Assembly: GCA_964016885.1 (NCBI GenBank)
Contig: OZ024742.1
Span: 193,068,001-193,132,000, forward strand
From: Eledone cirrhosa
Lineage: Eukaryota
Reading direction: 5' to 3'
Length of the DNA stretch: 64,000 nucleotides
The notes below the pieces were generated by a model, which did not search any database, was not told the origin of the DNA, and saw only the letters and a list, made by a program, of their open reading frames with translations. Each line of letters starts with the position of its first letter. The stretch's first letter is position 1. This document shows positions 14,867 to 28,430 of the stretch, in pieces. Position numbers and translations under genes: made by a program.

Positions 14867-15874
14867 GCCCTGAGTTTTGCATGTACTTTCATTACATTTG
14901 GTTTTATAGACGTCCGTCCACTCATTTCTGAGACGCTTTCGAACGGCTCCAATTGGAACAAACATACTCCATATCTTCAAACTGGATCACCATGCGTGAC
15001 CAACCGAGTTTATGGATGTTATCCAAGAAGTTTGCTCTTAGGCTGCGTTAAGGTCTCCCACTGGCTGGTTTTGCCAGTAAAATCTGCTTAGCGGTTCTTT
15101 AATTAGACATTCTAACCACATATCCCTATTTTCCCGAATCCTTGGTTTCCAAGCTACACACCCTATCAAGTTACGCTAGGCTTCGGAAGAACTCCGTTTC
15201 AGTCGCTTGTATTTACGATGGAATTCACAATGATGAGTAAATGTAGACAGGAATACTGAATTGAGGGGAACAACTTTGACGTTGACAACTACTTCCCTTT
15301 CTTCGGATGTCCCAGTGCGGATTTTCACTAAAAAGCTAATTAGAAAAATCGAAGCTATCATGCGGGACGCTTAGGTACATTTTCCTGAATGTGGTGTCTT
15401 GCAGTCAAGCTGAACACGAAAGCAAGATATTTCTAACTACACAACAAAACTTGCGTCAAATGAAAATCAAAACAAAATTCAAAACAAAAAGCATGCCTCT
15501 CTTCAATTTAATATTTTATCTGAAAACTTTATAAAGAATTATGGTCTTTACTCGTTATTAAAATATCCCAAAAAAGAAAATTCCACATCTTGCAACAATT
15601 GAGAAAATCAATATAATGGTTTCGTCTATTATTTTTTAAATATTTGTTTTATTTTAAAAATGTGAAAATAAAAATGAGATAAAATAAATAAATGTTATGT
15701 TGAAAGTGGTCAATATTAGCATTGAAAATAATTGATTTTTGTGCAGACCATTCTCTCTGAGAAGGTTAAATAATGAAATGGAAAAGCAAATGAAAAAATA
15801 TTTAGTTAATATTTAAAAATGCTCAATGAAATTAACATAACAAAAATAAATAACAACAATAATAATAATACTAA

Positions 15875-15927
<53 letters not shown>

Positions 15928-15930
<3 letters not shown>

Positions 15931-16575
15931 TGCAGTCCTATAGCTCCAACCGAATACCTAAATAGGCACGACAGAGCTGCACAATACATACATTGGATAA
16001 TGTGTAAGCATTTTGACCTGCCCCATCAAAAGAATTGGTGGGAGCATCAGCCACCTCCCATACTTGAAAAAGATCACATCTCAATCTTGTGGAACTTTAG
16101 CATGAAAACAGACCGAAAAATAAATGCAAACAGACCTGATATAATATTGAAAGACTTTCAAAAGAGGGTATGCCTGCTAATTGATATATCTGAATAGACA
16201 AGAATGTATCTATAAAAACATTTGAAAAATTGAGCAAGTATAAGGACCTGGAGATAGAAATTGGAAAAATGTGGAAATTGAGAACTAAAACAATACCAGT
16301 GGTTGTAGGCGCTCTGGGAATGATACCTAAGGGGTCTAATGATTACTTATCGCAAATCACAAGAAGCCCGCGTATAGGAGAAATACAAAAGATAGTACTA
16401 ATGGGAACTGCCCATATACTAAGGAAGATTCTGTCGATATAAGTACATCACAAGTCTAAACACTAAAGATGCATGTGTGAATATGTATGTTCTTTCTTGA
16501 ACATGGCGGACCTTGTTGTCTGTTGAGGTCACTGGTTGTGACTTGGTGATAACTCGTATGAACATAAAGCAAGGT
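15928..16575 (+). mobile_element. 3' fragment of the R4/Dong-like LINE (REL domain + 3'UTR) placed upstream of the longer copy
   Basis: Near-identical to 19258-19905 (RHD...W...RPDI); begins directly after (AAT)n. Confidence 0.9.
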
Positions 16576-19500
16576 AAATGAAGCATGTGTCAGTGAAAAC
16601 GAGGTAAACTGTAACACATCGAATCCCAGGGTTGGGGCGGAATCACTGGCAACAGAACAAATTAAAGAAAGGAGCGAAAAAGTGGAGGGAGTGCATGCTC
16701 AGGATGAAACTCCAAATAAAAATAATGAGATCGTAAATGATAAAGAAATGAATGAGAATGAACTTGCCAACTTGACGGATGAAATTATGATCGAATGGAT
16801 GAAAATGAAAGAATCTGACATGGGGGAACGAGACACCCTCCCTAAGATCCAGAACTCCAAACAGAACCAAAAGATAATACACAAGACTAACATAATCCTC
16901 AAAAACATTATCATCACAAACAAACTAAACATTACTGACTTAAATCATCTCTATTATGCATCGGCTAAAGTCACCACTCACTTATGTGGAGTGAAGATGA
17001 AAAAACAAAGGAATTCCCACAAGAAATCTACTTGGCAAGATAACATCAATCGCCAAATAAACCTCCTCCGATCTGACATAGAAATTTTAACAAACTATAA
17101 AGTAGGTGAACATGTTAAACAAACTAAACTTAGAAAATTGAAAAAAAAGTACAGTATAAGATCCACATGTGACATAGACATGCTGATAGAAACAATCAAG
17201 CAAAAAGTGTCGGCCAAAGCTGCTCGTATAAGGCGCTTTGAAAAACGATCTAGATTCTATAAGGACAATAATATGTTCAAAAACAACCAAAGAAACTTCT
17301 ACAGGAAAAATTGGTAAGTCAACAATAACTGCTAAATCAATACCACCCAAGGAGGAAGTGCAAGAATTCTGGGAAAAGATCTGGGCCGAAGAAAAAGTTC
17401 ATAACATACATGCCCCATGGATAGACAGACAAATGAAAGAAACAGCTCACCTTGAAGAACAAACATGGGAAAATATAACAGTTGAACAGCTGCGCTTGGC
17501 TCTAAGAAAAACCAGCAAATGGAAATCCCCAGGAAAAGACAAAATACAAAACTTTTGGATAAATGCCTTCACAGAGTCTCATGAGCCGTTAGCCCAACTT
17601 TACAATGAAATAGTTAAGGAGCCAGAAAAGATACCATCATGGCTAGTTAACGGCATTACATTCTTGCTACCGAAGAATGACGAGACAAACAATCCCAAAA
17701 ATTACAGACCGATAACCTGCTTGACCACAATGTATAAAATTTTAACATCAGTCCTAACTGAATATACATAAGACCACCTGATAACAAATGACCTATTTCC
17801 CATTGACCAGAAAGGGTGTAAACGAGGCTCATATGGCTGTAAGGATCAGCTTCTGGTTAACAAAATGATACTGGAAGATTGTCATAATAGACACTAAAAT
17901 CTATCGATTGCTTGGATAGATTATAAAAAAGCATTCGATAGTTTGCCACACAGTTGGATTGAAACATGTTTAGAGATTTTCAAAATATCCCCCGTTGTCA
18001 GGAGGTTTTTGTCATTCAGTATGAGGACATGGAGAACGACACTCCTTTTGAATAGTGAAACAAAATCACTGGAAGCTGGAGAAGTTAACATTAATTGTGG
18101 AATTTTTCAGGGTGACTCTTTATCACCGCTTTTATTCTGCATCGCACTTATACCATTAAGTAAAATGCTCAATGAAACAAAACATGGATATAGAGTCTAT
18201 GACAAAACCATTAATCACCTGTTCTACATGGATGACCTGAAACTATTTGCAAAAAATGATGAACAATTGCAAGGGCTATTATCCAATGTGAAGCAGTTCA
18301 GTGATGACATTAAAATGGAGTTTGGACTGGATAAATGCGCCAAAGCAACGTTCACCAGAGGAAAGCTGCTGAAGAGTTCAGACATTAATCTTGATCGGGG
18401 GAACGTGATAAGAGAGCTTGATCAAGAACAAACTTACAAATATCTAGGTGTTTGTGAAGGAGACGGAATCAAGCACTCGACAATGAGGGAAAGGATAAGG
18501 AAGGAATGTTACCGCAGAGTCAGAGTAATCTTAAGAACGGAATTGAATGCAAGGAATAGGATCGATGCCATAAACACGCTTGCCATACCAGTAGTAACCT
18601 ACAGTTACAATGTCATCAACTGGTCAAGCACAGAGATCCGTAGGCTCGATACAAAAATCCGAAAATTCTTAACCATGCACAGAATGCATCACCCTAAGGC
18701 AGACATAGATAGAATATATCTCCCTAGGAAAGAAGGAGGACGTGGGTTAATCCAGTTAGACATTGCGTTGGAAACTGCAACAATTGGATTATCCACATAT
18801 CTAAGGGAATCACATGATTGGATGATCAAACTCGTTTTGAAACACGAAAGCACCAAAAGATCATATTCCATTACAAATGATGCACAAAGATACAGTAATG
18901 GACTACAAATTTCAGAAGTCCCATTTACTGCTGAAATGGAAAACACAGAAAAAGCAAAGCAGGTAAAAGTAACTGCAAAGAAAGAACTGCTACAGAAACT
19001 GGCTAAGAAATGGCAAGAAAAGCCTCTGTATGGAAAATACCCAGAGCGAGCTAACAATCCTGATGTTGACAAAACTTTAACCCATCAGTGGTTGGCATCC
19101 TCTGGACTGAAATCGGAGACTGAAGGACTGATTATATCCGCACAAGATCAGTGTCTGCCAACAAAAAATTACCAAGCCAACATAATAAAAAATGGGTGCA
19201 GCCCATTATGCCGTGTATGCAAAAAACAACCAGAGACCATTGACCATATAATTTCAATGTGCAGTCCTATAGCTTCAACCGAATACCTAAACAGGCATGA
19301 CAGAGCTGCACAATACATACTGTGTAAGCATTTTGACCGGCCCCATCAAAAGAATTGGTGGGAGCATCAACCACCTCCCATACTTGAAAAAGATCACATC
19401 TCAATCTTGTGGAACTTTAGCATCCAAACAGACCGAAAAATAGATGCAAATAGACCTGATATAATATTGAAGGACTTTCAAAGGAGGGTATGCCTGCTAA

Positions 19501-19905
19501 TTGATATGTCTGTTCCAATAGACAAGAATGTATCTATAAAAACATTTGAAAAATTGAGCAAGTATAAGGACCTGGAGATAGAAATTGGAAAAATGTGGAA
19601 ATTGAGAACTAAAACAATACCAGTGGTTGTAGGCGCTCTGGGAATGATACCTAAGGGGTCTAACGACTACTTATCGCAAATCCCAGGAAACCCGCGTATA
19701 GGAGAAATACAAAAGATAGTACTAATGGGAACTGCCCATATACTAAGGAAGATCCTGTCAATATAAGTACATCACAAGTCTAAACACTAAGGATGCATGT
19801 GTGAATATGTATGTTCTTTCTTGAACATGGCGGACCTTGTTGTCTCTTGAGGTCACTGGTTGTGACTTGTTGATAACTCGTATAAACATAAAGCAAGATA
19901 AATGC
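16576..19905 (+). mobile_element. R4/Dong-like non-LTR retrotransposon (RT + CCHC + restriction-like endonuclease), disrupted
   Basis: KSPGKD, NYRPITCL, GIFQGDSLSP, YMDDLK, CRVC....ETIDHIISMC, RHD, RPDI..D motifs. Frameshift near 17311 and in-frame stops near 17769 and 17895. Ends in (AAT)n. Confidence 0.92.
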
Positions 19906-20175
19906 AAATAATAATAATAATAATAATAATATATTTACTTGCTTACTTCCGGTTTCATGCATACTGCATTTTTCTAAAAGGTTCAATTCTTCGAATTTAA
20001 AATGTATTCTTATCTTCCAGCATTAATATGCGGATGAATATACTTCAGGGTGTACATTTATTGAAGCCCCTAATTTCAGTTACATTTACTTTTGAGTAGA
20101 CCATATCAAGCTTTTCTTTTTATTGTCATTTACTATTATCGATTTTATAATCGATATACATTCATACATATATGC

Positions 20176-20234
<59 letters not shown>

Positions 20235-20433
20235 ATTAAGGATACTATTTATGGTTATGTATATACTAAAACCTTTTATAGTTATATATATATTATACCC
20301 TAAATAGTGAAAGATAGTAATTTATTACTATCTTATTACCAGTAAGATAAATTGCTCAATGTAACAACATCAGTTGTTTTACAGAGCAGGTATATAGAGA
20401 TTACTTGAAACAAGTTCTGTTTAAATCATTTAT

Positions 20434-20482
20434 TTGCTTACAATTGTTTCTTCCAAACCGAGGTTTGGGGTCTTCGGAGCAA
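20434..20482 (-). ncRNA. Minimal type I hammerhead motif (family D)
   Basis: ttgct-CCGAAGA-ccccaaacc tc ggtttggaa-GAAA-caattg-UA-agcaa; palindromic stem III. Confidence 0.7.
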
Positions 20483-21010
20483 TTATTCAGTGATTTTTAA
20501 CATACTTGACCTTCTTTTCAACACAAGAGACATATAGAAACATATGTACATGTTGACCCACAGTGGGTTGACATCCATTATAATAATATAGCATGGTAAT
20601 TTACATACAAAGATTACAGTCATATTAAAGGACAAAATTAAAGTTAAAATTAAAATTAAAATTAAAATAAAACATTGGCAGTCTACTAAGATAAAGCAAA
20701 AGGAAAGTTTCGAGTAGCCAGTGTATGCAACAGTCACACGTGTGGCATGCACCCGTGTCCTATTTATCCAAGATTATAATGCGACAGATTGTTACAAGTA
20801 AAACAAGCAGTCAAAGCAGGCAATCAAGAGCATCATGGGGGATGAACTGGTAAAGCATTATTCACACACACCTGTACGATATGGAATCCCGTGTGTGGAG
20901 AAACACCAAAAATATCAAAAATATTACAATAATGGGTCAATATATACATATGTTTCTATATGTCTCTTGTTTTGAAAAGGAGGTCAAGTATGTTAAAAAT
21001 CACTGAATAA

Positions 21011-21059
21011 TTGCTCCGAAGACTCCAAACCTGGGTTTGGAAGAAACAATTGTAAGCAA
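21011..21059 (+). ncRNA. Minimal type I hammerhead motif (family D)
   Basis: ttgct-CCGAAGA-ctccaaacc tg ggtttggaa-GAAA-caattg-UA-agcaa, followed by AATAAA. Confidence 0.7.
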
Positions 21060-21379
21060 ATAAATGATTTAAACATAACTTTGTTTCATGTAATCTCTCT
21101 CTATATATATATATATATGGACGGCGTACTGGGTCTACAATTATGAGGTTGTAAGTTCAACATACAGAGCGGAGATAATTTTTAATGATGCTCCAGTTCA
21201 ATCAGCTGAAAAAATCTGTTGCGATGCGAGGCCACTATACCTTCAACAAAGACACCATAGGGCGAATCATTTTTAATTATATACCATCACTAAATATATA
21301 TACTTTATGTATTGCATTGAATTCTCTTTTGTCTTTTTTCGCAATGTAGCAATTATCAGTAATTGTATATATATATGTA

Positions 21380-21456
<77 letters not shown>

Positions 21457-21462
<6 letters not shown>

Positions 21463-22977
21463 ATAGATGAATACTATTCCTCTATTTCACCCGAAACCCT
21501 GCATAAGGCCCTCTCTTTCGCTAAGACTAACTCGGACCTCACAAACGAGGAAATTAATATTATACTTGAAGCTAGACGCACAGTAGTGCACTTTGAAAAT
21601 AGTTATTGGGTCCGCAGGGATAGACCCTCGGAATTCGACATTACGATGGGTTCTAATGATTCGGCGGAGGTCACGGATTTGGTTGGGATCTATATAGCCC
21701 ATAGACTCCAGAACGAATTTACGGACCTCCACGGCGGAATATACCGCGACGATACACTTCTATTAGTCAGGAATATGAACAAACAAAACCTAGAAAGGCG
21801 ACGTAAAAACATTAGGAAACTTTTCTTAGAACTAGGGCTTAATATTACCTTTGAACACAATCTTAAGGTGGTCAACTTCTTGGATGTCACCTTCAACCTT
21901 AATAACGGTAATATAGAGCCATTTCACAAACTTAATGAAAATCTTAAGTACGTTAATGTAAAATCGAACCATCCTCATTCCATTATTAAATCTATCCCTA
22001 AAAATATAGCCATAACGATCTCCCGACTGTCGTCTAATTTGCAGACCTTCAACGAGCATGCTGAATATTATAATGACGCACTTAGAAAAGCTGGTTACTG
22101 CGAGAAAATTGAATATCTAGAGGATAACCACATAAGTACTAGGAATAAAACACATCTAAGTCGAACTAGTATTGCACCACACACACACATCAATAGGCAT
22201 ACTAACAGGTGCAAACCAGCAAATAGAGTCAGACGTAGAGAGTACATATGGTATAACCCCGTGTACAATTCTTCTATTAGCACTAAGATTATCTCACAAT
22301 TCTATACACTAATCAATAAACACTTTACAACTTCACATAAATACTATAAAATCTTTAACTCGCGCACCATTAGACTCTCATACTCCACTGCACCTAACAT
22401 AGAACAACTAATTAGAAAACTCAACTCAGCAATACTGAATAAGTACATCCCTAATGACTCAGCGCACCAGCATAGCAACATACAACGCACTAACACGCAA
22501 CCACAACCCCACCAAACTATCCAGGATTCTACTGCAAAACATAAAAATAGTTGTAACTGCACCAAACCAGGTACGTGCCCACTGAATAACCAGTGCCTAG
22601 CACGCAATATTGTCTACCAGTGTACAATAAATTCCGGGACCAACAAATGGTATTACGTAGGATGTACCGCAACTTCTTTCAAGGCTCGCCTATACCAACA
22701 TCGATCTTCGATCAGGCACGAGAAAATGCGCTCCGTAACAACTCTCGCCGAGAAAGCCTGGCAGCTTCGGAGGAACAATCAAGCGTTCTCCCTTGATTGG
22801 CAAATTATTGCAGCTGCGCCTGCATATCAGCAAAATCATCGATTCTGCAAGTTATGCAATTTAGAGATATACTGCATTTTAACGTCGGTAAACAAACTTT
22901 TGAACAGCAAAATTGAACGTTCTCTATATTGTAACCATCGTTTGAAAACGACTTTTTCTTTTTTTAAATGCATATAA
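21457..22977 (+). CDS. Naiad-like PLE RT/GIY-YIG polyprotein, C-terminal ~506 aa
   Basis: Uninterrupted reading frame with RT and GIY-YIG motifs; the upstream part of the called ORF (21307-21456) is microsatellite. Confidence 0.8.
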
Positions 22978-23387
22978 TGTTACATTTTTACACCAACGTT
23001 TGCAAATTTCTGTCTTATATATTTATACACTAGATATGGCTTTCTATAATAATAGTACTAAACACTGTTTTTCTGGACCCCTTTAGAAATAACCTGCTAC
23101 TATAATAGCCCTAATAACTTGTCTGTGACACTGTACTACTTTGACCCCTCTAACTAAATGTTGTCCGAATAACACCACTAGAAGAATCTACTTCCTAGCC
23201 AACCTTTTCACGCCTCATTAAGCTAACTGCTGCCAAAACATTCTCTCTTCACATTCTCTACTAGTCTGACAGTCTTAAACCCTAAGACTCCCTCCACCTT
23301 ACTCACTTCCCTCTACCCCTTCTCTTCCTACCTCCTTCTTTATCTTTTATCTAGTGTATAAACTATTTTCATATCATTCTAATACAA

Positions 23388-23504
23388 AGGTCTGATGACA
23401 TGGTGTGTTGGCTTACAGTGTACTTTCGGTTTTTGATAATATTTGTGTATTATTCAAGTAGCGAAGTATAGGTAACTCATACACTATAGAAACAATTGTT
23501 ACCT
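23388..23504 (+). ncRNA. Type I hammerhead motif with long stem II (family C1 pLTR)
   Basis: aggt-CTGATGA-catggtgtg...tacactata-GAAA-caattg-UU-acct, followed directly by AATAAA. Confidence 0.75.
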
Positions 23505-23652
23505 AATAAATTCTATATACCCGCATTTCCATTTCGTAATTTTTTTCTCCATATATATATATATATATATATATACAAATATATATACATATATATATAT
23601 ATAAACCTTTGTTTGTACTGCCTGCCTCTCTGTTTTGTTGCCGTTCCATTTT

Positions 23653-23720
<68 letters not shown>

Positions 23721-23724
<4 letters not shown>

Positions 23725-23910
23725 AGTAAGTAAGACCCCGACGGCTGAGCTCAAGCCGTTTCGACGGCTAATTCTGTGGAATTAGCCGTCGAAACGGCTT
23801 GAGCTCAGGCGTCGGGGTCTTACTTACTCCAATTACCCACTCTACTACCATAAGTATTGAGTCTTTGGTGCGTTATGGTCCACCTGGTTCCTTACCACTT
23901 TTCCCTCGCT
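23721..23910 (+). repeat. Fold-back hairpin element, copy 2
   Basis: ggagtaagtaagacccc...gacggctaattc tgtg gaattagccgtc...ggggtcttacttactcc plus shared tail; (TA)n flanks. Confidence 0.85.
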
Positions 23911-24137
23911 ATATATATATATATATATATATAAATACCACATTTGCTCTACGGTTCTTATATTTTTTATATATATTTATCCTTATCGAGCCCTCTTTGG
24001 ATTTTAGTCTTCAAATTTATTAATATTACTATATATATATATAGTACCAGTAATGCACTGGTTAATTGCTGGCCTTGTGCCAAAAGTAGAAACAATTATT
24101 ACTATATATATATATGTGTGTGTGTATGTATGTATCT

Positions 24138-24291
<154 letters not shown>

Positions 24292-24357
24292 GAAGAGAGA
24301 AGAAACATTTAGATATAATTAGTAATAAAATGTATCATACCTAAACTGCTCCTAAAT

Positions 24358-24447
24358 TCCTCGACTACGTAGTTTCGTGGCATAAACAAAAACAATATAT
24401 CATAAAGATATAGAGTCCTTGCGAGGTCTGCCGACTTATCAAGAGGA
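24358..24447 (-). ncRNA. Type I hammerhead motif with U3-A8 core variant
   Basis: tcctc-TTGATAA-gtcggca...tgccac-GAAA-ctacgtag-UC-gagga; GUC site, palindromic stem III. Confidence 0.75.
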
Positions 24448-24785
24448 TACCTCATTTTACTAGTCTCAAGAACGCGTCTACACGACGTGAGAAAGAATCC
24501 CAAAAGGCGGAGGGGGAGATAGTCACGCGATATAACGGTCGAGAAACAGAGCTAAGCCTCTTATAACCCCGAAGAAAATACCACGGAGGCGGAGGGGGTA
24601 TTTATATCGAGGCCGTAATGTATTTTTAACTCTGATACTGGTTCAGTCTAGTTCAACTGAATTGGGCTGTCCAAGTCATTCATTGAGCAACATCGGTGAA
24701 GTTGGCACCCTTAACTCACAGTTGGGTGCGGATGCATTCATGTATATATGTGTGTGTCCGCATGTATCTGTGTGTTTCTAAATAT

Positions 24786-24854
<69 letters not shown>

Positions 24855-24859
<5 letters not shown>

Positions 24860-25125
24860 CTTATGATGCATACATATATACATACATATATGTATGTATG
24901 TCTAGATGTGGGATATATTCCAGAGTGCAGATAAATATATTAATGATTGATAAGCATAAATAATTGATAAATCGGATGGATATATATATATATATATCCG
25001 ATTTAACTATTAATTATGGTTATCAATCATATATCAATATATTTATCTGCACTCTGGAATATATCCCCATCTAAACATACATATATATATGTATGTATGT
25101 ATGTATACACTACATGGGTTATAAT
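24855..25125. repeat. Fold-back inverted repeat (MITE-like) with a (TA)n loop
   Basis: gatatattccagagtgcagataaatatatt...atcgga versus ccgattt...aatatatttatctgcactctggaatatatc; arms about 120 bp. Confidence 0.75.
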
Positions 25126-25659
25126 TTTGTGAGATCAGAAATTTTGGCATTTCCCAATAATAGGAGAAAGAGAAAAAGAGATAAAAAAATTCTATTCTTT
25201 ACACAATATTTGGTTTTCAATGGCATTTTAGGAATCTTCTTAAATGATGCTTAATCATCGAAGCGGGAAAAAATTGTCCTCCTTCAAAAATTGAAATGTC
25301 ATGTCAAGACAGAAACGTCATAGACAAGTCGTAAAGATCAAATAAATATACCTTTTGTTTGCATTTCAAAATAGAGAATATAATAAAACCAATATATCCG
25401 ATATCACTAAATTAATATTCCCTGGCTTTCATGACACAATGACTTAGGACGACTATCTAGAATGACTTGTTAATCAATGAATCATTTTAGAGAGAGAAAC
25501 CAAAAAGATATAAAGTTGTGTGTTATGTTTAGATAATAATTGCAGTATTTTGTTGTTGCTTAGATTTGAATGAAGGACTTATATTTATATATGTATATAT
25601 ATATATATACACACAAACAGACACATATATATATACATACATACATACATGCATACATA

Positions 25660-25745
<86 letters not shown>

Positions 25746-25758
25746 TATATAATTATAT

Positions 25759-25835
<77 letters not shown>

Positions 25836-25839
<4 letters not shown>

Positions 25840-26030
25840 AACGAGTAGGACCCCGGCGGCTGAGCTCAAGCCGTTTCGACGGCTAATTCTGGATCCGGAA
25901 TTAGCCGTCGAAACGGCTTGAGCTCATCCGTCGGGGTCCTACTCGTTCCTATTACCCACTCTAATACCCCAAGTATTGAGTACTTTGGTGCGTTATGGTC
26001 CACCTGGTTCCTTACCACATTTCTTCCGTT
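25836..26030 (+). repeat. Fold-back hairpin element, copy 3
   Basis: Near-perfect palindrome 25835-25952 centred on attctggatccggaatt, plus shared tail. Confidence 0.88.
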
Positions 26031-26454
26031 ATATATATATATATATATATATTGGTTCGTGAAGACGTTCCCTGGCAATGAACGGAAAAAAAAGCGAGGA
26101 CAATACGTCGTTATGTGGATCGGGAAGAACAATTTCATGCAAAGACAAGACCAAGTTTATGGTATAAATGGAGTCGTTAGACTAATATTCTATTTAAAAT
26201 ATCAGAATGATTTCCAGCCCCGGAGTTTAAGAATGATGTAAATAAAATTGAAAACGAAAATGACAGAGGTTATTAAATAGTAAAAGTAAATAGTGAAGAT
26301 TTAGGCAAGTACATACGTATGCCCCAACGAACACATACATACGCACACACAAATACATACACACCCGCAAACATACACACACACACGCGCGCGTACGTAT
26401 AAACCTTATGCATTTCTCCAGTATTTTCACCAAACTTAAGACATAGGTTACTTA

Positions 26455-26774
26455 TGTACCCCGGATGGTCATGGGCACTTTCATTTTTCCAGATATTGCT
26501 TATAGGGCCTCCCGGTAGATAATCCCCTTTAACCACTTCCTTGGAGTCGACTGAAGTTCGCATCCGATTTTCACAAAACTTGACACATGGGCTACGTTTG
26601 TCCTACAGATGAATGTGAACTCTCAGAATTGGCACATATTGAGTAGGAATCCCCTTTTGGAAAAAGCCGTGGATTTTTTAAAAGTATAGTTTTCGAAGCA
26701 GCACTGAAGTATTGACATAAATGGTATACACCACTGCTATTTAATACCCGAACAACGCCGGGTACCTCTGCTAG
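26455..26774 (+). mobile_element. Non-autonomous Helitron, 3' part (5' end not located)
   Basis: Subterminal hairpin cccgaacaacgccggg followed 8 nt later by CTAG|T; same terminus type as the element at 49367. Confidence 0.6.
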
Positions 26775-26809
26775 TATATATATATATATATACTTACACA
26801 TATTCATAC

Positions 26810-27700
26810 GCATATGATGGACTCTTCCATCGATCTCGACATACGCATGTCCAGCTTCTTTAGCTTAGTCAATTTCCGGATGTCTATCTCTGACGGGACA
26901 TTTATCTCCTGGCACGTATTTGCAAACATCGGGTACCAGTGTGTGGTTTATGAGCAAATGTAGGTGGTCGGATACTGCCCCTCGCTCTTACCTCCCTCGG
27001 CTGTTGGAGACAGCTGGATTCGAATGTTTTAATAGTCCTATAACGACTCGCTGTCAACCTCATTCGTTGTTGAGCCTCATGCTCAGATGCCATAACATTT
27101 ATACCAACAGCCTCAAGGTTACTCTTCAGTTATTCATTATAAACCCGTATGAAATAGCTGCTGATGTTTTTTTTTTCTGTTGCTTCAGTGTTATCATCCA
27201 GGTCTTCTATGATATTAATATACATTTTAGGCCTCAACCTTGCATGAGGAATATAACTTATTCACATCAATATTGACGTTAAAGCTTCCAATAACACTGA
27301 GTAATGTGCAAGTCTTTGCATCCATTTTGCACAGTTCAGGCCAAATATTGGCATTAGGATGGGCACAGCAAAGGTATTATGGGCAAAGTACTTATACGCT
27401 GAGAGTTCGGATAACCATATTCTCATTACTCTTCGGAGATATTCATTCCTTGTCCTATCCTGTCCGACATCCTCATCCTGTCCAATATACCTATAATTGT
27501 CCTCTGACAGTAGAGGTTGTGTAGTCAAGCCGTTCATGTTTAAGTTTTCTTAGGAGAGCACAATTGATCCACGTGTTATTGTCTACAATGCACATTTGGA
27601 CACAATAAATTTCATTCCAGTGTCTGAAGACATTTAGGTAATGAGATCCATTTATTTTTTATGTGGTTGGTATTTGGCCCAAACAATCATATACTGAGAA
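26810..27700 (-). mobile_element. Decayed REL-type (R4-like) LINE RT fragment
   Basis: YRYIGQDE...EYLRRVMRIWLSEL...HNTFAVPIL parallels YKYLGV...ECYRRVRVILRTEL...INTLAIPVV of the 17943 ORF. Confidence 0.65.
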
Positions 27701-27939
27701 ATGATGAGAGATACATCCTGATCCATTTCTATGGCCCCTATGTTTTGTGCGCAGGTAGGATAGAGGGTTTATTGAGAGGACGAGGAACAGCATTGAAAGC
27801 TTTCATGAAATACGCCATATTGGTGGTAAATCCTATCAGATACAATTTGTTTCCGTGATGTTCTGACAGGCTACTATGGGGCGGTAATTTTTAGCATTGC
27901 CCCAATGGTTTCTGTGTTAGGTGGTTTCAACGCAACCAC

Positions 27940-27992
<53 letters not shown>

Positions 27993-28037
27993 TATATATA
28001 CATATATATATATATACATTTATATACATATATATAC

Positions 28038-28430
<393 letters not shown>

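Larger units (their letters stand above)
20231..21100. mobile_element. Non-coding fold-back unit (family D) with two mirrored hammerhead motifs, PLE pLTR-like
   Basis: ~20395-20560 is inverted at ~20935-21100; flanked by (TA)n; homologous to 31676-33362. Confidence 0.75.
21457..23550 (+). mobile_element. Penelope-like element family C1 (Naiad/Chlamys-like), 5'-truncated
   Basis: Open frame from DIDEYYSSI through FDITMGS, YRDD, FLDVTF, SNHP, CNC.....CPL...C, IVYQC...YVG, CKLC...CNH to the stop at 22977. 3' pLTR carries an HHR; both ends lie in (TA)n. Confidence 0.9.

Noticed and set aside
14880-15175. Possible RTE C-terminal remnant (also 3780-3900 next to a (TTC)n tract)
   Set aside because: Too decayed to support as a feature from sequence alone.
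21457-22977. Selenoprotein-type Naiad (in-frame UGA plus SECIS)
   Set aside because: The visible frame has no in-frame TGA and the Cys motifs use TGY codons; no SECIS recognised by eye.
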